64,000 nucleotides of DNA from Antedon mediterranea (taxonomy: Eukaryota > Animalia > Echinodermata), in assembly GCF_964355755.1 (NCBI RefSeq), contig NC_092673.1:8246001-8310000 (forward strand), in the 5' to 3' direction. The notes below the pieces were generated by a model. That model ran no database searches, was not told the origin of the DNA, and saw nothing but the letters and a program-made list of their open reading frames with translations. The translations under genes were made by a program, and so were the position numbers. The stretch's first letter is position 1; each line of letters opens with the position of its first letter. This document shows, in pieces, positions 23,528 through 49,700 of this stretch.

Positions 23528-25527
23528 ATCTTGTGCTTCGGTTTCTTTTGTTTCTGCGTCGGACTTGCGCGTTTGTGCAAGTTGATTGAAAGTTATTTTT
23601 CTTGTAGTTTTATTTCATATTACGCCAAGCAAAATGAATTCCCATTATAATTTAAGTGGACCAATAACATTTCTTGAATATAAATCCGAAATCTTGTCCC
23701 GCCTTTAGTCAGTTATTCAAGAGTACGGAAGCATTAGGAGAACTAGGTATCACGCGGAATCATGTTTACTACGGCTACTAAAAATGGATATTTGGAAACA
23801 CAGACTGGGCATGCGCAAACCTCAAAGCACTTATGGGAGAAGGAGTCTATGTGATATATGCAGATAGTAGTACGTTAGACCTGTTCAATAAACAATGTTT
23901 TCGTTTTGGCTGTAAATTTATAATTTATTGTCAAAACAATCCGATCCTTCCTCTATAATGATACTACATATTTTTGGTGAATGGTGTGTATAGATGAAGA
24001 TTGTTAGTACAGTATTGAGTATGTTTGTCGGCGGCCAGTTTGTTTACTGGAATGTTGGGGTATGTTGGTCATTAAGTCCCATTTACACTAGGACGATAAC
24101 GATCGACGATAAATTGGTAAACATGCAATTTTCCTACATAAAAAAAAAATTAAAAGGTTTCACTATAACCATGCTGCCTTTGATGAAAATAATATTGTTA
24201 CGTAAGTCGAGCGGCGTTTGTTGTAAGAAATATTTCTTGTCTAAATTCAATATTAGTGGTGTTTATACTGTCTTTTTAGTTTGTAATTCCTTCATGTGCA
24301 TTTTTGTCCTTAAACAATGTGGAAACCATTTTAAAAACAGTATAAAACAAGCTTAATTTTGGCAGATAATATTTACAGTGCAATTTTTGTAGTCTCAGGG
24401 GCCTATAGGATAGTAAGATCACAAACTTCTAGCCTGCTTTTACAAGTAACAATGCCACATACGTGGCTACAGTCGCGTGCTTAAGTTAGTGTTTACCGAC
24501 CAATCGACCGACCGACATAGTGAGCTGTAGAGTCGCGTTGCTCGCGACTAAAAACAGTTTTAAACAGGAAAGTAAACTTTGCAGCAGAATACACTTGGCT
24601 AACCAATCCCAAATCGCTTGACTAGGAACCATTGTTTAACAACTTGCTTTTAAAATTGATTTGAGGGTACAATTGTTTTGGCTTGTTCAACAATACAGTA
24701 ATACTTGGAGTACAATTCATTCTGTCGATTGCTTTTTTTGAGCTCTGTATTTTTAGCTCATGTAGTGGACATCTAGACTCATCTGACTACTCGCATCATT
24801 TAACGAGTTAGTCAGAGGATGTTTTCCTCCGTAAAACCTTCAATGTGAAATACTAAACTTATTTTTTTATAGCGTTATTAGAATTGAAATGTACTTTTAT
24901 TCGGCTCTTTGTTGTCTGGTTTTCGAATCTTACACAAAAGGGAAAAATTCACTAGAAAATTGTAATGTGGGTCAGTAAAATCATTAGAATAAGCTCGCCG
25001 CTTGAATCTCTAATTATTTCGCTTCATAAGGGACATTCTAAACACTGTACAGTATCTAAAATTCAGAAATCCGATCATTCTCTAAATCAATCACTTAGCC
25101 AAACTGGTAGATTGTGATCTGCTTTAAAACAAAACTTTAGAATCACTGTTGGTACCGGTACGATGCTTTATTATTGTATTCATGTCTGATTTGTATGGAA
25201 TTTTTTAATGAAAACAGTCGAAGTTGGTTACTGTCACAATGGTAAATTTTAAGTTACCATTGTAACTTAAAACTTAAAAGTTCTTCATTATAATATATTA
25301 CAAAATTCTAGTAATTATTGCTTCTTAAAATTATCCTTATTTTCTGTGTTACCATACTTGAATTGATCCATCGTTTTGCTATACGACATTTCCTTTTCTC
25401 CATTCAACAGATCTTTTTGTACCAATGGGACGTAAATGGGCCTAATGGCGACAACTGTCATCTTTGCTATACCTTTTCATTTAAGTATACGCGAAAAGTT
25501 AAGACGTTATTGAAACTTTTTAATACA

Positions 25528-25528
<1 letters not shown>

Positions 25529-25554
<26 letters not shown>
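25529..25554. repeat. (TA)n microsatellite
   Basis: Direct reading. Confidence 0.9.
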
Positions 25555-25559
<5 letters not shown>

Positions 25560-26261
25560 CACCAGACCAAGAAACCAATGTATTACGATCTAACTTTATT
25601 TGACCTAATTCTCATAAAATCGACAATTACTTTTTCCATGGATCTTTGTTTTACGTTTAATAATTACCAATTCCATTTTTATCATTGCTTTTTAAACCTT
25701 AGAATCTGAAAGATAATGAGCGAATAAGTACATTATGGTGCCATTTTAGACCAACATAGTAAATGCAACAATCTCATCAAGAAAATACCCTTTTTGTGGG
25801 TTTAGCAAAAAAAAAACCCACCAAACATTAATAACTATGATTTCAAAATTGTGTATACCCAGAAGTTGACAGAATAATATTTTCTTTCCTATGGAACCCC
25901 AGAATCGGTAACATAGGAAAACTCTACATACAAATATATTCAAATTTGGTGGCCTATTAAGAATTCAATGGCTGCATAAATGAATGATGAAACTATTGTA
26001 CCTTGGAAAAATATTTTTATATAGAATTCGGTTAAAAATTATTCATTTTATACTCCCCAAATATCTGTAGGCCTACTTCTTGTAAATGTAACAAGGCTAT
26101 ATGTATATATGGCTGCAGTCGCGTGTTCAAATTTGAGTTAGTGTTTACCGACCGACCGACATAGTGAGCTATATAGAGTAGTGACTAATAAAAAGACACT
26201 ACCAGATAGTAAGCAATTTAAAATTTTCCCACTTTCATATATTCATGAATCCGCAACACTA

Positions 26262-26452
26262 TAAAACTCTCTCTACATTATCAATTCTTTTTTTATATAT
26301 GTGATGTGCCATATGGACACGGCGGATACTACCATATATTTAGACACAAGTGACAACAAATATGATGTGCCCAATTGACATAATGATGTCATATCATTAC
26401 CATATTTGAGCAGAACACTACCATATTTGGGCACATCACAATTTTTTTCTGA
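26262..26452. mobile_element. Degenerate MITE (family shared with 48483-48612)
   Basis: Shared TGTGATGTGCC...CTACCATATTTGGGCACATCACA core, present in inverted orientation at ~48520-48550. Confidence 0.5.
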
Positions 26453-26583
26453 AACGGCGAACGCGTCGTTAACCAGTCAACGCGTTTGAACAGAAATGAA
26501 CGGATTATCTGCATTAAACGTATGATGAGGGCCGAGGGCAGCAGCTAGCTAGCTGGAAAAGGGAAAAGCCAGGAGGAGGAAAC

Positions 26584-39569
<12,986 letters not shown>

Positions 39570-39726
39570 AAAAGATAATACATTCATTTACTCTAAGATA
39601 AACAACAGTCATTTTAATGAACCATGCTGATATACTGTATCTATTTGTAATTGTTATGTGTGGGTATTTGTCTATAAGACCTAAAATAATTAAACCATGA
39701 ACATGTGTAGATTATTTGTGATAATT

Positions 39727-40420
39727 TACCTCCGCCAAGGAGGTATATGTAATCGATCGCATGTGTTTGTTTGTCTGTTTGTCTGTTTGTTTGTTTGTTT
39801 GTTTGTTAGCAGGATTACTCAAAAAGTAATTACAAGATCTTTACCAATATAAATATACATATAGATATGTGGTCAAGGACCATTCCATTAAATTTTGGGA
39901 CCATTTGGGACCATGGTCCCAATTCTGAACCACTTTTTAGTATACTTTTCAGACCTGCTAGTGTTAAAAGATAGGACAGAATTTTTCAAAAGCCGGCGAG
40001 CAGTCTTAAAGTATTAAGTAAACTGAAATTGCATTTTCTCGAGAACTACTTGTCCAAAAAACTTCATTTTTGTACAAGAGGCAAGAGTTATAATTGGTGA
40101 TTTGTAATTTTAAAACATAATTTGATTTAATGTGCACCTTTTTTGATGCGAGTAGTTTACAAAACCTATTTCTTTTCAAATTCACTCGCTTGATTTTTGC
40201 GTTGCTGTTCTATTGTTAGTCAGCTGAAGCTATTGTTAATTGAAAGGCTTGTTACATAACCATTACACCAAACTCGCATACACATGCTTGTATTGAAATT
40301 AGCCTAAATCACAAACAGCATTAAGACACACACAAATATATTTTTTTTTTCCGGATAAATCTTATGTAGGAGAATTTTACAGTAGGCGGAGGTATGCACT
40401 CTCGGAGTGGCTTTCTAGTT
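39727..40420 (+). mobile_element. HINE family 1, full-length copy
   Basis: Subterminal inverted repeats ACCTCCGCC / GGCGGAGGT, (GTTT)n microsatellite, 3' hairpin CACTCTCGGAGTG and CTAGTT end, which are DINE-1/Helentron hallmarks. Confidence 0.88.
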
Positions 40421-40614
40421 TCCACAATATGTTTAATGCATTTTTGCTGAATAATTAAACCTAGGCCAGTATTTGTTATGCTGCTATAAAACGTAAATGG
40501 TGTTTAATATTTTATGGAACTGTTTCCTGAAAAGTATGTATATATTGATTATGCTTTTCTGTATAATTTTTCAAACATACAGTTTGAATAAATCTTTATA
40601 AATATATATATGTA

Positions 40615-41120
40615 AGTTTTTATTTGGCGCCCTACAAAGAACAGCTATAGAGCGTCTAACAATACTAGCATTATTAATTAAAAAGAAAAGTTTTAAGTTG
40701 ACGTTTAAATAGAGGTGCCGAATTCGCTCCTCTTAAATCAACAGGAAGCGGATTCCAGATTCATGGTGAAAAAGTATTTCCGATTAGATCGTGGAACGAA
40801 AAGTCAGGTGGGATCATTAGAGGAGCAAAGTCGACACCTGTAATAAATGAAAGCTGATGGGGGTTAAACTTAATTAAATCAAAAAGGAACAACAGAGTAA
40901 ATACATTTACAAACAAAAGCAACAATTTTGTACAAAATCCTTTTTTTTATATGAAGCCAATGGAGATATTTTAATAAACCATCCGAGGGCTGATCCTGTT
41001 ACGTGCAGCCTTGTTCTGCAATCGCTGTAGTCGTTTGAGATTAATTTCACAGGCACCAAACAAGAGCAAGTTAGCATAGTCAAGGCAGGACAGGATCAGT
41101 CCCCTGATGGCATTATGGCA
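40615..41120 (-). mobile_element. Decayed L2-clade LINE 3' fragment
   Basis: Minus-strand peptides LILSCLDYANLLLFG, KRLQRLQNKAAR and LLKYLHWL match the L2/CR1-group ORF2 C-terminus; frameshifted. Confidence 0.75.
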
Positions 41121-43040
41121 TTATATAAATATATTGTTATTCATTGTAATTTTTGTTTTAAACCAAATGAAAATAAAAAATGATGCATCTATAGAATATC
41201 CAACAATAACTTTGTTAAAATGTAAAAAAATCATTTCAGGAAACTAGGAACTACAGCAAAATGTTTATAAATAATGGTTTGTGTCTAATGCTTAATTTAT
41301 ATTAATTTAGAACTGTATTTTATTTTTTTACATATCATTGTGTATATTTAAAATAGCAAATTGATCATTCCATACAAAATTATTCCTTTTATTAGTACTT
41401 GATGCTTTGGACATTTGCTTCTCACTGTAAAGTGTAATATTTGTTATTGTCAACCCCATCCTTGAAAAATGATATTGGTGCTTCAATTTAAATTACATAG
41501 TAGAGTAGCTAAAAAAAAAAGAGTAATATTATCAATGGTTCACAGCTTGTTTTGTGACTATTTCAAATATAATAGAATCCTGATATGACTGATATCAAAG
41601 CATAGAATATTATTGATGTGTTCATGTTACTTTAACATGTCTTTAGCAGTTGGTAGCTAAATGGAAACATTAAGAGAATCTTCAATAAATAAATGTCTTA
41701 TTTGGAAAATTGTTATTGTAATATTGACTAGTGTAAAAGTGCCTCACTGCTGTTAAAATATATTTGGTGGCAATGGTTTTTTGTTTGTTTTATTTTCACA
41801 AAAATAGAAGACAAATGAGTTAAGAAGCATGGAACACAACACATGAATGTTAGGCACACAAGTTGAACATCTGGAACATTTACCAAAACATTCAAAATTT
41901 AAAAGCCTAACTGAAACAATGTTTAGATGTTGGGATGACATTACAGAGATGTTCACAATTGAAAGGCTGTATTTGTCACTGATGAATGCTAGATTACTTG
42001 TGCACAATGTACTGTAGGCCTCACACTGAATTCAATGCGTGGCTATGCAGTAGAACAATGGGAGGTGAGAGACAATGGATGCATAATATTGTGACCATGT
42101 GATCTAGCGTATGTAAAAATATGCCATCTTACTGTATTTCATGCAAGACGTAAACTATTCCTTCAAGTTGAAATATGCACCATTAAGTTTTCAATGTGCA
42201 GGTCAAATTGGGCGCATTGGAAGATAACGTTTGGTTTCCACTACGCAAGACCAATAAAAAACGACAGTTCTGATCATTCAAGTGTCATGATTAGTCTAAT
42301 TACTTTCTGTTGCAAGGGAAACGAGCTTTATGCACATATGGTATATACTGTACTTGGATTTTTTAAATAGAAACTGTTTTAACTACATAGTTAAAACTCT
42401 ATCTAGGTTCTAGACCATATTTCGAATTAATATAATAGCAAAAAGATAAATATTTTGGCACATATGGCGTTTCATATGTATATGACTTGAGATCACAAAT
42501 ATGTATATTTTCAGACAAAAATCTAAATGCCGATGGGTCAACTACCATAAAAAAGACAATAAATACAGACTTGGGGCAAGTCTACCAAAAAAAGTTCTTT
42601 TTGGTACAGCGATGATCAGACATTAAAACACATGAAAAAAGAAACTTCCAGATATTATATAAAACTCTTTTTTATTGTTTGATTACTTGTTTAAATAGAA
42701 CATTCAAGTATAATTTCATGGAATAAAAAGGTGTAACATCATAAAATCAACAACAGAGATATAGCCAGCAAAAGTGCTGGCATTTTGTCTCTTGAAAAAA
42801 CATTTATAAAAGTAGCTTCTATTTGCAACAACTGCAGTAGACTAGATGTTGTAAAATAATCTCAAGTTTAACCAGCCTGCACTAAGTTAAACTAGATCGG
42901 CCATTTTTCCCGCTGTGCTACTATTATCTTTACAGTTCAGGTAAGTTGCAAAAAGCATTCACACATGACTTTTTACAATCAAACGGACGTTCAATTAGTT
43001 TGAGTAAAAGAGTGCGAGTAAGATTTAATTGTTGTCTTAA

Positions 43041-43323
43041 AGATATATTGTCCCCCTGAACAAATAATGTTTTTATTTTTTTTTTTAATGCCATTTAATT
43101 TCACATAATACTTACTCTCTTTGACAAAAAATTGGATAGAAAAACAAATTATTTAACTGAAAAAATATAATTTAATACAAAAAAAAATGTCAAAAGGGCT
43201 GACAGCTAAATGGGTTTATGGTTGAATTTAACCGTTTATTTTGTTTGTTTTTTTGTTAGAACTGCAAAATGGCCTATTTTATTAATCATCATTTTTCATG
43301 TTTTTAGAGGACAATAAACATCT
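43041..43323. mobile_element. Kolobok-type MITE
   Basis: TTAA|AGATATATTGTCC ... GGACAATAAACATCT|TTAA. Confidence 0.7.
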
Positions 43324-46300
43324 TTAAACTCTGTGCAAAACTGGCAAACTAAATATATCAACATCAACACTTTTTTTTTATAACAATTCATAAGATAACA
43401 TTTTGAAAGACAAAATATAATTTGATTCTACAGGAAAAAAGAAGAAACTGAAATATCTGTACTACTGTATATGCCAGATATACAACACTTCTTAATTTAC
43501 TATGTATTTACCTTGTTTTTTTTATAGTAAAAACCAAAAAAATACTACTGTACATACAGTAGGCCTACTAAAACACTGTACAATTTTAAACATTCATTCA
43601 ATTTATGCATGCAATATTGTAAAAAAAACCAAATAATATGGTTTCTCTCAATTAAACTTAGCGTTAATTATTCATTATATTTAAACTTTTGTATGTATAA
43701 AAAAATTAATTTGACATCCATGGAATATTCGGTTAGTTAATACTGTATACATAATTTTGGCAGAATATTACATTATTGTATATACTTTATTATATAATTA
43801 TTATTATTGTCCATTATCATTCAATTTAATTGTTTTGATATTAAAGATGCTTTCATATCATGGAAACTTTGAATTCTATTTAATTGCTACAATTACAACA
43901 TGCATATCTACATACAAATTTTATACAAATACATTTCTTTTAAACAATTGTAACCGGTAGGATTTGACAAGTACTGAAATTGAGTATAAAACCTTTTTTG
44001 TCATGAAATGAGCATATTTAACATTGATACGATCTTAATACAGCATTCAATAGTGTCACATGACGAAATCTAAACCAGAACTCCAGGTCCTTTTCACTAG
44101 ACAAATTTATTCGCACGAATCTAAAATGTTCACCAATACACATGCATATTAATATTTTCATCTACTTTTTGTGACATGGAAAAATGCGCAACTAACCAGA
44201 CCTCACGAATATATTCGCTTAAATTGAAAAGAGGCTTAACCACTCCTAAAAAATACCTTTATCCTCTCACTGGACACGTTCTGGTCTAAAAATAGTGTCT
44301 CCTTAATAGGGGTGTCCCTGATCCCCTGAATAGGGCTTGGCTATAATTTTACAACTTTCTCCTTGGATAGTGTACCTTTAAAACGGGTGTCCTCAGAATA
44401 GGTGGTGTGTCCCAAGGGAGGGATAGCAATATAATAGATCTCTAATAAATTTGTAAACAACTCAAATCAATGTTCAACCAAACATAACAAAAACACCATA
44501 CACTGAATTGTTTTCCCCAATCAAATAAGGATTACCATACGCCTTGTGTTAGATAAAAAAAACCTAACGCATTGAAATTGTAGCTAAAAATTGAAATCAA
44601 AATTGTGATACCAGTGTGTATTGCATCTGAATAACATGATTTACAAAAAAAATATTCCATAATATTACACAATACACTGTGAAATATATATGGAAGAAAT
44701 ATAGAGTATGAATATCCATCACCTAGTGAACAAACTGACAACGTAATATTGAAAACAAAAATAGAATATTATAAATATAATGGAAAAACATATTGTACTG
44801 TTAATCCAAGTTTTTACAACATTATGCAACACTGTCTTTAATATGAAAATATATACGTTTAAAATAAATTAAGTTCGTCAGCTGAAACCAGATCATGTGG
44901 GAAATTACCCAATACAAAATAATAAATATATTATCAAAGACACTTGGGTATAAATTACAAGGAAAAAAAAAAAATTTATATTAACTATGAAAGAATGATG
45001 GCTAAAATCACATAAATTTAAATTAAATAATTATTTCAGATATTAAAGAAAACTATTAAAGTCAAATAATAATAACATGGTTTAGAAAACTATAAACAAC
45101 ACACACATATATATGGTACACCAATTATGTTCATATAAATAAAAGTAATATATCTATGTTTTAAATAAATTCAACAACAATTTAACATATGGACCAGAAA
45201 TAATTGTTTCATGTAGAATGTATATGAAATAGGAAAAAAACATACAAAACAAAATATTGCACTGAATTTAAAAAAAGTTTGTTTCAGCAAAAGTAGATTC
45301 TAAATATATTAAAAGTATTAATATTATAACTAAATGAGTTAATTTTATTAATTATTTGGTGGTTAATTAACATTTCAAGCTTTTTCTGCTTTTAAAATAA
45401 CATTTTTCCGTGATACATATTCTGTAAATTTTTTCTTGATTTAAAGTTCTAAAAATGCAGTACTGCTTGTTATATCAAACATTATAGTTGCATACTAAAA
45501 CTGATTGCAAGTGTTAAAAACCATGACCACAAAACAAACATAATCATACATAATATGGTAATTTAATAATACAGGGTAGAACCTACTACTACTTTTGTCG
45601 AAAAAAAAACCCTCCATTTTTTTGTCTTTAAAAATGTTTGCATGCATACAAATGCACTGCATAAATAACTGTTTCACACATACATCTATAATGCATGAAA
45701 ACAACCATACTAAGTAAAATAAGCATACTCTTGGTGGGATAAATATCACAGTAACACATTATTTATACTGTGTTTCCAATCTTCATCTATTTTTTATTAT
45801 ATATACAAAAGGAAGATTGCTGTTGTTGACATTATGATATCATTAGTGATGCAGAAAATATAATCCACATAAATATCTGTATCTAAGTACAGTACACTAA
45901 ATCTATACATAGTTTCATAGCTATGAACATACAACAGTAGGAGAATAACCTAGGTTTTTGTACAGATACAACAACAGTATAAATGTTATAAGGACAAGGA
46001 TTACATTATATCAAGGTTACCACAGAGGTCAAAGGGCACACGTTAATACAAAGGTTAGGCACATAATACTACTATTATTAATATCTTATGGATATTGATT
46101 CTTATAAAGTTGAATCAATGGCTCACAATGTGAGTGAAATACTGCAGAGAAGGACAGAGGGTGTGTTATTTAATATTTCAGCTGATATTGAAAATACAGA
46201 TAACTTTAAGGTTTTGTGACATCATCAATATTGTCTGTTGGTAATGAAGTTAAAAAAATAAAAAATCAGGGAAAAATTGGGAAGTTATTTCGCAAAGAAT

Positions 46301-46580
46301 GAAATAAATGTACTTCCCATTTTTCCAAGTAAAATCATCATCTTACTTTTGAATTTCAAAAGGTTATAAATTTAATTCTTGCTTTTTCAAGAACCTATTG
46401 TGGTTCCATCATTAATATTTATATTTTGAACAATACTTATAGGCTACAATGCACATGTAATTCATTATTCATTACGTTCTAATGGAAATCGGGCATTTGT
46501 AACTGGTAGTCTTCCATCCATCCAATAGCCTCTTGCTAGACAAACATTTAGGTGTCACAAATATTGTATGTTTTTATTGA

Positions 46581-46724
46581 CTAGTCTGTTTCACCGACTT
46601 CCAGAAACACCGGCCTGACATCCAAGATCGATGCTAACTCTAAAACATGCTTGTGCAAGAGGGCGTTTTCCATTATGTCATTGCCTCGCAAATCAGGATG
46701 CGATTGTGGGTAGAAACTTTCATC
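46581..46724 (-). CDS. SCAI: SCAI last coding exon
   Basis: DESFYPQSHPDLRGNDIMENALLHKHVLELASILDVRPVFLEVGETD*. Confidence 0.95.
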   Translation of the reverse strand, partial: DESFYPQSHPDLRGNDIMENALLHKHVLELASILDVRPVFLEVGETD

Positions 46725-49700
46725 CTGAAAATTTAACATTTGACATAAAATTATGGCACTGTAGTTTACCGACATGTTTGTTGCCTATCAGAAATTTTCC
46801 CACCAAAACAGGGCCACTGCCTAAACACGGCAAGACACGGTTTAAATTGGTTTATTTTCCATCTTGAAATTGGGAAGAATCAAACCATTACGAATGTGAT
46901 ATGAAAATGTATATATCATAAAACTTGAAAATGTTGAGTTAATCCCCCAGTCCTATTTGTCAAAGTTTTTTGGGGCCTAGACAATTGTCCCCAATAAGGT
47001 TGTCCCCTTAAAACCAAATTTCCTTCACAGGACTGAAAACAACTAAAAATTAAGCAGCCACCAATCAACACTGTCAAGCCAGAGAAAGTGTCATACTTAT
47101 TAGGATATCTATTTTTAGTACTAATAACCCTATAAATTAATATAATTATTTGATCAGTTTTGTATTTTTTTGATGGAAAGAAAAATATTGTCCATTTATA
47201 ATGGGGTTGAATCAACTATTTGGCACACTTAAAGGTATCCCTGTCCCTTTAATGGGGGTGACCCCTGAGTAGGGGTTGACTGTAGTGTTAAAATGTTATA
47301 TTGCTATAGTTGCTGTAGTGTTAAAATATATATTGTTCGCCCTTCGTGTGAGGATATTGTAATTTAATACATTTAAAGTACAGTAGCAGATTATTTATAG
47401 ACAGTACCTTAAATCCTCGATGGTATCTGAGTGTTGCATAACAGAAAATGTAACGAAGAATAAGAAGTCTCAAGTATTCATCTCCATAAAATTGCATATA
47501 AACATGATCTTTAAAAAAGAAAAAAAAAATATCTTGTTATATTATTTGTTGTTATATGAATAAAATAAGACACACTTATGCAGACACTTATGATAACAGA
47601 CACTCACCCACAAGTCTCAGTTTATCATAATATTAGTATATTCCAACAAATGTATATTTTCAACATGCCCTTTCCGTAATTGTATAAAACTATGTAAAAA
47701 TTTACTTAATATTTTATGTGATCAAAAATTAAAATTTTTTTCTATTTAATAGAAATAACATATATTTTACTACTTACCAATACCCCTAGACTTGCACAGC
47801 AAGTTAGCTGAATCATTCGCAACCTTTGCCATGACCTTTTGACACTTTGACCAGACATCTGCAGTGACATCTGTGATGTCACAGATTGAGCAGAATGCCA
47901 TTACTGGATCACTCAAGAACAGAGTAAAGAGGTTGCCTTTGACATAGCATCGCTCCTGGATGGCAAGTGGTAATTGTACTGGAGACATGAGAACAATAAC
48001 TGGTTGACCAAACAAGTTTGGAATACCCTGCAAAAAGGACATTTTTTTTAAAATTATTGTATTTATTCAAATAAACGCCCCACTTAGGAATACAAAAAAA
48101 TAAATTATAACATTTTCTATTTGTAGTGGAATTCATTGAAATCCATGATTTACAATTGACCAAGGATTTTCACTGTATTGTACAGTATCACTTCTTTATA
48201 TTAATTGTGTTACTAATACCATAGTTAAACAAGAAAAGAATATATAATAATATAAAAATTTTAAATAAAAAAAAGATAATAAAACGCCCCCACCTCTCCT
48301 CGAATAAATTCCCCTAAAAACCATCCTGAACGTATAAGTTTTAAAACCTGTTACTAAATTTGCAGAAAAAAGTCATATTATGAATGTGAGAAGTGGTAGG
48401 ATGGCAACATTCATGTCATTCGAACCCTGGGATGACAGACAATAATATAAAATACTTGCTTTCTGTAATTTCCATTTTTTTAGACTCTGTACACACTATC
48501 AAAGTACTAGTTTGTCAAAAAAGGTGTGATATGCCCAAATATGGTAGTAATATATGATATATAATTGTGTCACATTTTTGTTCACATAAAGTTTGATATT
48601 GTAAACAGAGGAATTTTGTATTTTAATTATTTAAAAACTGTTTTGGTAGTTTCTTTAAAAAAAGATAACCTAAATATGAATAAACACAATGAAATTAAAG
48701 ATTCCAACATTTTGTGTTTTATATAAAGATGTATGTAGTTCATGGTGAATGAAAATAGTTGTTGTCTTTACAGTAGTTAATATTTAGAAATAGTATATAC
48801 TACAACTTACCTTAAAAACATGACTATTAGGACTGTCAACAATTAGAAACAATGGTTTCCTGGTAAATGGATAAATATCACCTGGATGCACACTAAATAA
48901 AATAAAACAACTAAACTAATAAATTATTACCAATTGTAGCAAGAAGTTAGAAATACAGGCATCTATACCACGTTTGTGAGCAAGGGGCTTATTTTTATTT
49001 CATACACATCCAATGTGAGCAACTTACCAATTACAGGAAGGATACACTAGAGGTTTCTTGGAACTTTTTTTTTTACATTTCAGGAAATAAGGAGTTCAAT
49101 TCCAACCCTATTGCATCCCTTCTAGTAGGGCTAAGTACAATGTATGTATACGACTAGGAACAATATGGACATTATTTATCACTTAACATCGGATATATTT
49201 GACAAAATAAAAAAGAAAACAAGCAAGTATGTATTATGATATAGACGATTCATTAAAAAATGTACATGAAGGTAATAATGAAGATAGAAAGAAAATAATT
49301 TAAGATTATATTACGATTACATGGCGATAAGAGATGACAATATTGCAGATGAATTTTTTGTTTCTTTTGATTGACAATAGTAAAAGTCAATGTCCACTAA
49401 ACTTGGTGGCACTCACAATATTTTGAAACAAGTCTTTGGTTGTGAACCCACCAACTTACAATGATTGAAAATCGGTAAACATGACAAATGATACAAATAT
49501 GGATAAATATGTTGTGATGCTAATTATTCTTTTCAAATAACATTGTGAGTAGTAACAGTTATTATCATTATTCATAATTTCAAAGAACAAATCTAAAAAC
49601 GTTACAATGTGTGGTGTACTGTGACAAATTAACTGAGTATCAGTTGCAACTACTGTACTAGCAAAATATGTAAATGATAATAGTGCATGACTGCTTCAAT

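Noticed and set aside
40600-46500. Additional gene between ALAD and SCAI (several 60-85 aa ORFs)
   Set aside because: The ORFs are low-complexity AT-rich readings without consistent splice sites; the region looks like UTR/intergenic DNA with TE relics
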